IMG/VR virus record: IMGVR_UViG_3300049740_001611
From: an uncultured virus (IMG/VR IMGVR_UViG_3300049740_001611)
Lineage: Duplodnaviria; Heunggongvirae; Uroviricota; Caudoviricetes
DNA length: 64,000 nt
Strand: one strand, 5' to 3'
Shown here: one piece after another, positions 1-9,883 of the stretch
Numbering within the stretch: position 1 is the first letter of the stretch
Layout of the letters: every line of letters starts with the position of its first letter
Made by a program: the position numbers and the translations under genes
The notes under the pieces: model-generated
Told to the model about the DNA's origin: nothing
The model's database searches: none
The model's input: only the letters and a program-made list of their open reading frames with translations

Positions 1-2532
1 AATTCAACTAATCCTAGAACAAACGACAGATATTGGGATTTTAATGGTGATGATGCAGTTCCTGGCAGCGTTTCTGACGTTCGCCAATGGGTAAAATACT
101 ACAACAAATATATTGCAGGTACTAGTTCAGTTGATGTAGATACTCCTACTGTTAAAGCAGCATGTGATGATTTATGGAACGAATTAAATAGAGTGTTTTC
201 AACGTTTTCATCAGAAACATTTGTAGATACAATTAATTATGACTCTGATACTGTTACTGATCCTGGCGGCGCCAGCACTTATGCCTTTAAACGTTCTGAA
301 CGTAATAATTCAACTGTAATGATAAAAACAGGAGTTTATAGTGAAGAACTTCCGATTAGTGTACCAGAAGGTTGTGCATTAGTAGGAGACGAATTAAGAA
401 GTACAGTTGTTCAACCAGAAATAGGATACGAGTCAACTAAGATGTTCTATGTTAGAGATGCTAGTGGCATTAGAAATTTAACAATGCAAGGATTGTTTGA
501 CATATTAACTGTTGATAATGAATACTTCACCAAACGCCCAGTTAATGATGCAGCATATGTAAGTTTGGATCCAGGCACTGGCCCAACTGATGAAAGTGTT
601 TGGATTAAAACTAGATCTCCTTATATTCAAAATGTAACTACAATCGGTACTGGATGTACAGGATTAAAAATTGACGGAGACCTGCACAACGGCGGCAACG
701 ATTCTATTGTTGCTAACGACTTTACACAGGTACTAAGTGACGGTATTGGTGTATGGTGTACAAATTTAGGTAGAACAGAGCTTGTTAGTGTGTTTACATA
801 CTACAACCACATTGGCTATCTTGCAGAGAATGGCGGAAAAATTAGAGGCACTAATGGTAACAACTCATACGGAAAATATGGTAGTGTTGCAGAAGGTGTT
901 GATAATACTGAAACACCAATCACTGCTTCATTAAATAATAGATCAGGACAAGCAATTGTTAACAATGTAGTTACTGATGGTAATGAAGTACTAACTGTAG
1001 AATATGCAAATGCAGGCGAAGGGTATGATACAAATACAACTTATACTGTTACTGGAGCAGGAAGCGGCGCTGCTGCTTCAACTTCTAGTACTAGAGATGG
1101 CGGAATATTCCAAGTTAGATTAACAGGAATCGGTGAATTATCATTAGGTACTGGATATTTACAATTACAAGGTAATGCACAAGATGGCGGAGATTTAGGC
1201 CTTGGTACTATGAAATTGTCAGGTGCAGATATTAATACCTTTGCAAACTACAACGGTATGAGAATAGTTATTATTAGTGGCGCAGGAGCAGGACAATACG
1301 GCTATATTACAGCGTTTGATGACTCCTCAAAAATAGCTACAGTAGCTAAAGAATTAGATGATTCGGCTGGCTGGGAACACTTTACTGGAGCGACTATCGT
1401 TCAACCCGATAGTACAAGTAGATATCAAATCGAACCAAGAGTTATTGTAGACGATCCGACTAGCGGTACAACAGCGTTTATAAGACTTGCTATCTCCGGC
1501 GGAGGATTAAACGTGTTCAAAATTATTGAACCAGGTTCAGGTTATGTTTCATCTACACCGCCAACCATTACAATTATAGACCCAAACGCTACCTCTCCCG
1601 GAGCATGGGAAGTAAGAATCGGAGATGGTGTATTAGCACAACCTACATGGACAAGCAGAGGTTCAAATTATGTGTCTGCGTTTGTTGCAACTGTATCAGG
1701 AGCTGGTTATGCAGACCAGTATCCAGTTGGATCAACTATTGATGTTACAGGATTGTCATTGATTCCAGGACCAGGAGCAAACTTAGAATTTACAGGAACT
1801 GATACAATTTATGCTGTAGTTGATATTTCAAATATTACCGGAACTGCTCCAAACTTTACAGCAACATTAGCAATAACACCGTATTTAAAATCAAATACGA
1901 CACAAGCACATGCAACAGGTATTACTATTAGAGAAAGTTACAGTCAGGTACGTTTAACAGGACACGATTTCTTAGATATTGGTACAGGAAATATTGGATC
2001 TACCGAATATCCTCAAAGATATATAACTGGCTTTGATTCTGCAAACGAACCTAGCCAACCTAACGAAGCAGTTGACAGTGGAGGTGGTAGAGTGTTCTAC
2101 ACAAGTACTGACCAAGACGGCAACTTTAGAGTTGGTGAATTGTTTAAGGTTGAACAGGCTACTGGTGTTATTACACTGAACGCTGATGACTTCCAGCTGT
2201 CTGGATTAACTGAATTAAGATTAGGCGGCGTGTCATTAGGCGGCACTAGTGCAGTTGTTAGAGAATTTAGTACAGATGGTGTACTAGCTGCTAACAGTGA
2301 TAATATTGTACCAACACAAAAAGCACTAAAAACATTTATTGAAGCACAAATCGGCGGCGGTGGCGCAGATGTTGTAGTCAGTGGATTATTAGCAGGACAA
2401 ACAAATATACTAAATCAAGACGAAATAAGCTCTCCAACTGGAGTAGTTAATTTTGAAGATCAAATAAATTTCACCGACGGCGTATTAGGTGATATGTTGA
2501 AAGCTACGCTGTTCTTGAATGGGAATGGCTAA
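1..2532 (+). CDS. Large tail-fibre/virion structural protein, 5'-truncated by the window edge; paralogue of the 2569..8016 protein
   Basis: Frame 1 is open from base 1 (NSTNPRTNDRYWDFNGDD...), so the track start at 193 is internal. Gly/Thr/Ser-rich; shares long blocks with the next ORF (GDELRST, RSPYIQNVT, DSIVANDFTQVLSDGIG, YSQVRLTGHDFLDIGTGN, GGGRVFYTSTDQDGNFRVGELF). Confidence 0.75.
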   Translation, partial: NSTNPRTNDRYWDFNGDDAVPGSVSDVRQWVKYYNKYIAGTSSVDVDTPTVKAACDDLWNELNRVFSTFSSETFVDTINYDSDTVTDPGGASTYAFKRSERNNSTVMIKTGVYSEELPISVPEGCALVGDELRSTVVQPEIGYESTKMFYVRDASGIRNLTMQGLFDILTVDNEYFTKRPVNDAAYVSLDPGTGPTDESVWIKTRSPYIQNVTTIGTGCTGLKIDGDLHNGGNDSIVANDFTQVLSDGIGVWCTNLGRTELVSVFTYYNHIGYLAENGGKIRGTNGNNSYGKYGSVAEGVDNTETPITASLNNRSGQAIVNNVVTDGNEVLTVEYANAGEGYDTNTTYTVTGAGSGAAASTSSTRDGGIFQVRLTGIGELSLGTGYLQLQGNAQDGGDLGLGTMKLSGADINTFANYNGMRIVIISGAGAGQYGYITAFDDSSKIATVAKELDDSAGWEHFTGATIVQPDSTSRYQIEPRVIVDDPTSGTTAFIRLAISGGGLNVFKIIEPGSGYVSSTPPTITIIDPNATSPGAWEVRIGDGVLAQPTWTSRGSNYVSAFVATVSGAGYADQYPVGSTIDVTGLSLIPGPGANLEFTGTDTIYAVVDISNITGTAPNFTATLAITPYLKSNTTQAHATGITIRESYSQVRLTGHDFLDIGTGNIGSTEYPQRYITGFDSANEPSQPNEAVDSGGGRVFYTSTDQDGNFRVGELFKVEQATGVITLNADDFQLSGLTELRLGGVSLGGTSAVVREFSTDGVLAANSDNIVPTQKALKTFIEAQIGGGGADVVVSGLLAGQTNILNQDEISSPTGVVNFEDQINFTDGVLGDMLKATLFLNGNG

Positions 2533-2568
2533 ATATGTATAAGAAGACACAAAATTTTGGAGTAAGCA

Positions 2569-5500
2569 ATGGCTGAGTTTAAATTAGGTAGAATTAGATT
2601 TGTTTGGAAAAACAATTGGGTAACTTCTACAACTTACTATGTCGATGACGTAGTTTTAGTAAACGGTAAAACATATCTATGTGTTACCGGACATACTTCT
2701 TTATCAGACTTTAACCTAGATTTAGGAACTAATAAATGGGAACTAATGACAGATGGTCAAAAATGGAGAAGTGACTGGCAAGCTAGTACACAGTATGAAT
2801 TAAATGACCTTGTAAAATATGGTTCAACTGTATATATTTGTACTACTGGGCACATGTCGCAAGCACTACTTGAAAGTGATCAATCTAAATGGGATACATT
2901 TGCTCAGCCATCCTTTGATTGGAAATCAAGTTGGGCTATCGACACTTATTACAAAGTTGGTGATTTAGTTAAGTACGGCGCTGGACTTTATCGTTGTATT
3001 ACTGGCCATACTAGTGCAGCTACTTTAGCCTTAGGCTTAGAAGCAAACGTTGTTAATTGGGATAGTTTAAATACAGGTTTTGATTATAAAAATAATTGGG
3101 CAACTGATACACGATATAAGTTAAATGACGTTGTTAAACGCGGCGGCGGACTGTGGTTGTGCCTACAAGGACACACTTCAGATTCAACAGCATTTGTAAC
3201 CGACGCAGCTTACTGGGTACAATTTGTAGAAGGTTTAGAATTTGAAGATACATGGAGTAACTCTACTGCTTACCAAAGAGGCGATATTGTAAACTATGGC
3301 GGCTATCAGTATGTTGCTGTAGAAAATCATACTGGCACAACTCCTACAACTACAGCACAAACAGATTGGGACGTGTTTTCAACAGGCTTTAAATTTATTG
3401 GAGATTATGACAATGCCGTTGCGTATAAAACGGGAGACGTTGTCCGCGTTGGTGGTTACACATACTTGTGTACAGCTGATAGTACTGGCAACCGTCCACC
3501 TAATGATACATATTGGAATCGCTTAAACCAAGGTCAAGAATGGAACGGTGATTGGACAGATGCAACATACTATGATGCTGGCGACCTGGTTAGATATGAT
3601 AACTCAAGTTATGTTTGTGTTGCAGAACACACAGCAGATGAAACAGTTACACAAAACAGACCAGACCAAGATTTAGTAGGTTCTTATTGGAACCAAATGG
3701 TAGGTGGTGCTGAAACTACAGTATTAACAACTGACGGAGATATTGTTTATTACTCCGGAGCAGGTCCTGCAAGATTACCACTTGGTACAGATGGTCAAGT
3801 ATTAAAAGTTAATGATTCAAACTTAGAATGGGCCGATTTTGGTATTATCAACAATGTATTTTATGTTGCTGATAATGGTACAGATAGTATTGATTATGGA
3901 TATACATTAGATAAACCTTTCAAAACTGTACGTTATGGTTTAGAAAGAATTGATATTGGACATAACAGTACTGGCGCACAAAAATTACTAGAACTTAATA
4001 GAAGTTTTATTGCTGCAGAAGCAACTGAGTGGGTAGATTGGCAAATTGCTAATGCTGCTGGCGGAAGTATTTGGGATGGATTTACTCAAGATGATAAAGT
4101 AAAATGTGCAAGAGACATTGGTCAAATTGTTGATGCACTTATTTGGGACTTAGGACACGGTGGCAATGCAAGAACTAGAGCTGCTACACTAACTTATTTT
4201 GATAGTGGTGCATTAATTGCTAGTATACAAGATGAATACCAACAATTATCAGCAACGTTAGACTACATGGAAGAAGTGGTCGATGCTGTTATTAGTAATG
4301 CAGCACCAGCAGCAAATTATCAAACACTAAACAGTGTTGGTAGTCCAATTACACAACAAATTGACGCAACATTGGTAGAATTACCTAGCGATCAACTCAC
4401 ACTAACTAGATTAATTAACATAATTACAGCAGCACTTGATGCAACAGTGCCTACAGATATTCCTGTAGAACTTAAACCTAATACTTCGTTGTTTGTTAAA
4501 ACAGGCGAGTTTAAAGAAGTACTTCCAATGATTGTTCCAGAAAGATGTGCAATTATAGGCGATGAGCTACGTTCAACTAGAATTGCACCGATGGGAGCTA
4601 TTACACCTTCGGGTGATGTATCATATAGCTTAGATGCAATATCAAGACTACAGGCTATTATGAGCGATATTGCAACAAACGGTTCAGTTACAAAAACATC
4701 TGGAAATGCAGAGACACAAGTAACAACAAGACCTTCAGGCGCAGCAGTAGCAGGCGCGGCGGCAGCAAACATAATGCAGCAAGTTTATGACTACATTGAT
4801 TACGGTATCAATGGTGCAACAGGAGATTCAACTGTTCCAGTTATTGCTGGTACAAACACTCCGCAAACTCATACTGATTATACTTTTGCTGTAGAATGTA
4901 TTGAAGCAAACAGAGCATTCTTAGTAGCAGAAGTCCACGCATATATTGCAGCAACATATCCTTCATATACATACGATATTGCTAAGTGTTCAAGAGATGT
5001 AAACAGATATTTAGATGCAGTAAAATACGATTTGATTTATACTGGTAACTATAAAGCATTATTAGCTGGTAGATACTATGTAAACGCTGTACTTGGATCA
5101 GTAGAAGAAGATATGTTCTATGTAAGAGACGCATCAGGTATTAGAAACTGTACAGTAACAGGCTTAACAGGCACATTGGGCAGTGATAATGCATACGGTA
5201 CTAAGCGTCCAAGTGCAGGAGCATATGTAAGTTTAGACGCAGGATGGGGTCCAGCAGATACTAGAGTTTGGATTGCAAGTAGATCTCCTTATATACAAAA
5301 CGTAACTTCTTTAGGAACAGCATGTATTGGTCTTAAAGTTGACGGAGCACTACACGACGGTGGAAATGATTCAATTGTTGCTAACGACTTTACACAAGTA
5401 TTAAGCGATGGCATTGGATATTGGGTTACAAACTTAGGTAGATCAGAACTTGTTAGTGTGTTTACATACTACAACCACATTGGCTACCTTGCAGAAAACG

Positions 5501-8016
5501 GCGGCAAGATTCGTGCTACCAACGGTAACAACTCATATGGTGCATTTGGATCAGTAGCAGAAGGTGTAGATGATACAGAAACTGCTGTAACTGCTACAGT
5601 AAACAACAGATATTACGAAGCACAAATTGGCAGAGTATATACTGATGCTACTGAAATATTAGCATTAGAATATAATAATGCAGGTACTAATTACACTACA
5701 GAAAATAATACATACACGTTTAGCGGTATTGGATATGATCAAGTATTAGTAGGTGATGAAATTAGAGATAACGGAATTTTTGAAGTTAGATTATTAACAG
5801 AAGGCGAAGATTACAGAGCTTCAGCTAACACTGCACAGGCAGGTACTACTTCACAAATTACATTAGCTGGTTCAGAAACTGCACCATCTTCAGCATATGT
5901 CGGAATGATGATATTCATTAAGACAGGTAACGGTGCTGGACAATATGGATATGTTGACACATACAATTCAGGAACAAAAGTTGCTACAATATTAAAACCA
6001 AGCACTGGTACAGCCGGCTGGGATCATTTGATTCCTGGAACAACTATTGTTGCTCCAAACGCAGTATCAACATACAGTGTTGAACCTAGAGTTGTTGTAG
6101 CTGCGCCAACCCAAACTATTACAGGAAATACAAACTATAGTAGTTCAAGAGCAGTTGATGACATTGCATATAACGGAAATGTTTTTGCAACGGTAACTGC
6201 TGGAAGCGCAGTTGTTGATACATCAACAGACGGAATAGCATGGTCAGCAGGAGGAGGAATCAGCACTAATAACCTAGGTAAGATTAAAGGCGGCAAAATA
6301 GGCGGAACTGCCTACTTTGCTGCAACTCATTCAGGAAATGTTTTTGCATTTTCAACAGATGACGGAGCATCTTGGGCAGGTTATGGACTTGGCGGAAATA
6401 CAGCAGATGTATTAGAAATAGCTAAAGATGTAATTGTTCATATCGATAATACTACAAGAGTAACAGGCGTATATGACGGTACAACCTATACTGTAGGCGG
6501 TTCAGTTGCTGGCAGCGATGCATTTTTAGATGTAGTGTATAGCTCAGCAGCAAATACATGGTTAGCAATAGCAGCAAATGGTGTAACTTCTTACTCGTTG
6601 AATGATGGTACAACATGGAGTGCAGGAGCACTTCCAACATTAGGTGCAGGAACATATAGTGCAATTGCATACGGTAATGGACGTTTTGTTGCAACAGCAA
6701 TTGGCACAGACGAAGCAGCTATTAGTTTTGACGGTGTTAACTGGACAGCAACAACTATGAGTTCAAGTGCAGACTGGAGTACAGTTAAGTACGGTCAAGG
6801 AACATTCCTAAGTGTTGCAAAAGACACCGGCGGAACTACAAAAGCAGCTACATCACCAGACGGAATTGTTTGGACAGCACAAGTTATGCCATCACAAAAC
6901 TTATGGCAAGCAGTCGGATACGGTACTGGCACTTGGGCATACGGTTGTGAAGATGCAAATGCAGTAGGCGCATCAAGTGGAAACTTTACACAAGCTATAC
7001 TAAGAGCAGCATCTGCAAGTGGAGCAATTTCTAATATTAGGGTTATTGAACCAGGTTCAGGATATGCAACACCACCAACAGTAACACTAACTGATCCAAG
7101 TAATACAGTAGACTCAACATGGACTGTTAGAGTAGGCGATGGCGCACTTGCACAACCTAGTTTCCAAAACAGAGGCGTTGACTGGGAAAGTGCAGATGGT
7201 TTTGTAACTGGCGACGGTTATGGAGATATCTATCAAAATGGTAAATTTGTAAACTTAGAAGGTTTAACAGAAATACCACAAGAAGGTGCTAACGTAACAT
7301 TTGCAGGAGATAGTAACTATTATAAACTTGTTAATGTAACAAACTTACTAGGTACAGGACCTTATACTGCTACACTTCAAGTGTCACCAGAAGTTACAAT
7401 TACAGATGCACCAGAACATGCTGTAGCAGCAGAAGTAAGAATACGTTATTCACAGGTGCGTTTAACAGGACACGATTTCTTAGATATCGGCACTGGTAAC
7501 TTTACAGATACTAACTATCCAGGTACTCCAAGTACAGCACCTGATGCAGCTGACGAAACAAAAGAAGGCGGCGGCGGCAGAGTGTTCTACACAAGTACTG
7601 ACCAAGACGGCAACTTTAGAGTTGGTGAACTGTTTAGTGTTGAACAGTCAACAGGTAAATCAACACTTAATGCTGATGCGTTTAACTTAGCAGGTCTACA
7701 AGAATTGCAACTTGGTGTTATTACACTAGGAAGCTCAAATACTGCTATTAACGAATTTAGCACAGACGGCACATTTGCTGCAAATAGCGATAGCATTGTG
7801 CCAACACAAAAAGCAATTAGAACTTACATCCAGTCACAAATTGGTGGCGGTGGCAGTAATCTAAATGTTAACAGTATACAAGCAGGTAATGTGAAAATAC
7901 AACTAAATACTATTAATCACGTAACTGATGGTACGATAAATATAACAAGCAGAGCGAATTTTACCGGTGGTATTTCTGGTAGTCCGTTAGCACTAAACTA
8001 CTTTTTACAGAGATAA
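2569..8016 (+). CDS. 1815-aa multidomain tail-fibre/virion protein: N-terminal CBM5/12-like repeats, two phycobiliprotein-like helical repeats, conserved core, Asp-box propeller
   Basis: SD GGAG upstream. About 8 repeats of W-x(3-5)-Y-x3-D-x-V-x-YG-x3-Y-x-C-x3-H-T-S; KCARDIG and KCSRDVN motifs; Asp-box motifs STDGIAW, STDDGASW, SLNDGTTW, SFDGVNW, SPDGIVW. Confidence 0.75.
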   Translation: MAEFKLGRIRFVWKNNWVTSTTYYVDDVVLVNGKTYLCVTGHTSLSDFNLDLGTNKWELMTDGQKWRSDWQASTQYELNDLVKYGSTVYICTTGHMSQALLESDQSKWDTFAQPSFDWKSSWAIDTYYKVGDLVKYGAGLYRCITGHTSAATLALGLEANVVNWDSLNTGFDYKNNWATDTRYKLNDVVKRGGGLWLCLQGHTSDSTAFVTDAAYWVQFVEGLEFEDTWSNSTAYQRGDIVNYGGYQYVAVENHTGTTPTTTAQTDWDVFSTGFKFIGDYDNAVAYKTGDVVRVGGYTYLCTADSTGNRPPNDTYWNRLNQGQEWNGDWTDATYYDAGDLVRYDNSSYVCVAEHTADETVTQNRPDQDLVGSYWNQMVGGAETTVLTTDGDIVYYSGAGPARLPLGTDGQVLKVNDSNLEWADFGIINNVFYVADNGTDSIDYGYTLDKPFKTVRYGLERIDIGHNSTGAQKLLELNRSFIAAEATEWVDWQIANAAGGSIWDGFTQDDKVKCARDIGQIVDALIWDLGHGGNARTRAATLTYFDSGALIASIQDEYQQLSATLDYMEEVVDAVISNAAPAANYQTLNSVGSPITQQIDATLVELPSDQLTLTRLINIITAALDATVPTDIPVELKPNTSLFVKTGEFKEVLPMIVPERCAIIGDELRSTRIAPMGAITPSGDVSYSLDAISRLQAIMSDIATNGSVTKTSGNAETQVTTRPSGAAVAGAAAANIMQQVYDYIDYGINGATGDSTVPVIAGTNTPQTHTDYTFAVECIEANRAFLVAEVHAYIAATYPSYTYDIAKCSRDVNRYLDAVKYDLIYTGNYKALLAGRYYVNAVLGSVEEDMFYVRDASGIRNCTVTGLTGTLGSDNAYGTKRPSAGAYVSLDAGWGPADTRVWIASRSPYIQNVTSLGTACIGLKVDGALHDGGNDSIVANDFTQVLSDGIGYWVTNLGRSELVSVFTYYNHIGYLAENGGKIRATNGNNSYGAFGSVAEGVDDTETAVTATVNNRYYEAQIGRVYTDATEILALEYNNAGTNYTTENNTYTFSGIGYDQVLVGDEIRDNGIFEVRLLTEGEDYRASANTAQAGTTSQITLAGSETAPSSAYVGMMIFIKTGNGAGQYGYVDTYNSGTKVATILKPSTGTAGWDHLIPGTTIVAPNAVSTYSVEPRVVVAAPTQTITGNTNYSSSRAVDDIAYNGNVFATVTAGSAVVDTSTDGIAWSAGGGISTNNLGKIKGGKIGGTAYFAATHSGNVFAFSTDDGASWAGYGLGGNTADVLEIAKDVIVHIDNTTRVTGVYDGTTYTVGGSVAGSDAFLDVVYSSAANTWLAIAANGVTSYSLNDGTTWSAGALPTLGAGTYSAIAYGNGRFVATAIGTDEAAISFDGVNWTATTMSSSADWSTVKYGQGTFLSVAKDTGGTTKAATSPDGIVWTAQVMPSQNLWQAVGYGTGTWAYGCEDANAVGASSGNFTQAILRAASASGAISNIRVIEPGSGYATPPTVTLTDPSNTVDSTWTVRVGDGALAQPSFQNRGVDWESADGFVTGDGYGDIYQNGKFVNLEGLTEIPQEGANVTFAGDSNYYKLVNVTNLLGTGPYTATLQVSPEVTITDAPEHAVAAEVRIRYSQVRLTGHDFLDIGTGNFTDTNYPGTPSTAPDAADETKEGGGGRVFYTSTDQDGNFRVGELFSVEQSTGKSTLNADAFNLAGLQELQLGVITLGSSNTAINEFSTDGTFAANSDSIVPTQKAIRTYIQSQIGGGGSNLNVNSIQAGNVKIQLNTINHVTDGTINITSRANFTGGISGSPLALNYFLQR

Positions 8017-8029
8017 TGGAGATTAAAAA

Positions 8030-8347
8030 ATGTCAGGAAAATTAGGAGCACAGAACTTATCAGCAAATGCTGACACAGTTTTATACACAGCACCGGCAAG
8101 CACATTTGCTATAGCAACAGTTAACATTGTTAACCGCAGTGGCAGTACTGTTACTGCTAGAATAGCAATAGCAGATGCTGATGTACCAACTAACGCAGAA
8201 TACATTGAATACGATGTTGGTGTACCACCAAAAGGTGTGATAGAAAGAACCGGTGTTGTAGTAGGAGCAGATCAGCGTATTGTAGTAAGATCGAGTGCTG
8301 TAGATGTAAATGCAATTGCATACGGCATAGTAACCTCAACAGCGTAA
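8030..8347 (+). CDS. Small beta-rich virion-associated protein (105 aa)
   Basis: SD GGAG; co-oriented between the fibre genes; alternating hydrophobic beta pattern. Confidence 0.55.
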   Translation: MSGKLGAQNLSANADTVLYTAPASTFAIATVNIVNRSGSTVTARIAIADADVPTNAEYIEYDVGVPPKGVIERTGVVVGADQRIVVRSSAVDVNAIAYGIVTSTA

Positions 8348-8359
8348 GGAAATAATATT

Positions 8360-9871
8360 ATGGGAAGATTTATATCAGGAAGTAGTGGTGTTGAACAAGG
8401 CTATACAAGAGCCGAAGTTTTTACATCACCAGGAACATCATCATGGTCAGTCCCGGCAGGGGTAAGCAAAGCTAAAGTTTTTGTTATTGGTGCAGGTAGT
8501 AACTATAGAAATACAGAATTCTGTTTTGAAAGTAGCTCAGCTTGTTGTTCAGGAGTAGCAACTCCAGGAACTGAATACTGTTTAAACTTTGTAGGGCACC
8601 TTGTAGGAGCCGGCGGTGGCTATGCAGAAAAAACATTTGATGGCGTAGCACCTGGTTCGTCAATGACTATTAACATTGGCTCTGTAGGCGGGTTGTCAGC
8701 AAGTAGTGCATCAATTGGAGGCACCACAGTAACAGCAAATAACGCAACAGATACAACAATATCATGGAATTGTACATCGAATTCAACTGCAAGAGATAAC
8801 ACCCTCGATAATGAAGTTAGTTTAGGATTTGATCTTCCAGTTTGTGGTTATAGAAATTGTATTAATGGTTACTTTAACGCAGGCGGAACAGCAGCAGGCG
8901 GTGATATTAATAGAACTGGCGGCGCAGGCGTGTTTATTCCGTACTTTAGAGAAGACAGTGAAGTTGACGGATCACTTACATCTAATTATACCGACACTGG
9001 TACGGTATCTAGTAGCGTTGGTGAAGGCTGTACTCAAACATATTGGACAGCCCGTGGTTATGATTATACATTCGGCGGCTGCAGATGTAATTGCACTTGT
9101 ACACGAGCATATTTAAAACCAACTCAGGGAATAAACAGTAATCAATGCGGTTGTTGCTTCTACTGGGGCGGCGAAAGTAATTTTAACTGCCTATGTATGG
9201 TAACATATCATAACGTGTTCGGCGGAAGATGTTACTATAACATGCCGTGGTCACAGTGTATTTGCCAAAGAATGTGTAACGGCGTATACTTGTGTGTCAG
9301 CGGCGGCGGCGGCGGCAGCTCGTCCGGTGTAACTAACTTTGCTAAGTCAGCAGGCGGCGGAGCCGGTGGACAAATGTATCCATCAAACGACGATACTTTC
9401 CAAGTAACAAACTGTCCGGTAGGCATTGGTTCAGAAGCAGGTAGTTCGCATGCCGACGGATATAATGGTGTAAGTGATGCAACATTGTTAACACCATCAG
9501 CAGGCGGAGGCGGCAGTGCCTCAGGAACTTCTGATACAACTGTGTGTTATATTGGATTTGGCCAAGATCACTTTAGCTTTATTTACGGCAGTGGTGCATG
9601 TGGTGCATGTGCTGCTATGGAAAACCTTTACGGTGGAGGCGGCGGTGGCGCTCTATATTATTCATTAGGTTATTCTAAGGATATAGATTCTAATAGACCG
9701 TCAAGTAACAGTATTATTCCATTATCAACAATGAAATCTAGAGACGGAACTAATGTAGCAGACTTTAAATTTGGTTTTGGAGCAACATCAAAAGAAGCAG
9801 CAGGCGCTGGCGGTGGCGGTAACAGACTTTACCCGACTGGCGGATCCGGAGCTGTTGTAGTAGTATACTAA
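8360..9871 (+). CDS. Gly-rich, Cys-rich tail-fibre-tip-like protein (503 aa)
   Basis: Begins FTSPGTSSWSVPAGVSKAKVFVIGAG and ends GGSGAVVVVY, termini typical of phage glycine-rich domains; 26 Cys by my count; SD AAGGA. Confidence 0.65.
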   Translation: MGRFISGSSGVEQGYTRAEVFTSPGTSSWSVPAGVSKAKVFVIGAGSNYRNTEFCFESSSACCSGVATPGTEYCLNFVGHLVGAGGGYAEKTFDGVAPGSSMTINIGSVGGLSASSASIGGTTVTANNATDTTISWNCTSNSTARDNTLDNEVSLGFDLPVCGYRNCINGYFNAGGTAAGGDINRTGGAGVFIPYFREDSEVDGSLTSNYTDTGTVSSSVGEGCTQTYWTARGYDYTFGGCRCNCTCTRAYLKPTQGINSNQCGCCFYWGGESNFNCLCMVTYHNVFGGRCYYNMPWSQCICQRMCNGVYLCVSGGGGGSSSGVTNFAKSAGGGAGGQMYPSNDDTFQVTNCPVGIGSEAGSSHADGYNGVSDATLLTPSAGGGGSASGTSDTTVCYIGFGQDHFSFIYGSGACGACAAMENLYGGGGGGALYYSLGYSKDIDSNRPSSNSIIPLSTMKSRDGTNVADFKFGFGATSKEAAGAGGGGNRLYPTGGSGAVVVVY

Positions 9872-9883
9872 GGAGTAACATTA

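Noticed and set aside
781..7629. Diversity-generating retroelement (template/variable repeat pair) as the cause of the repeated tracts
   Set aside because: No reverse transcriptase is in the window, both copies are in-frame coding sequence, and the flanking mismatches are mostly third-position changes and not adenine-specific.
9300..9320. (GGC)n tract as a phase-variation repeat
   Set aside because: It is an in-frame trinucleotide run encoding poly-Gly, common in these Gly-rich genes; slippage would not switch the frame.
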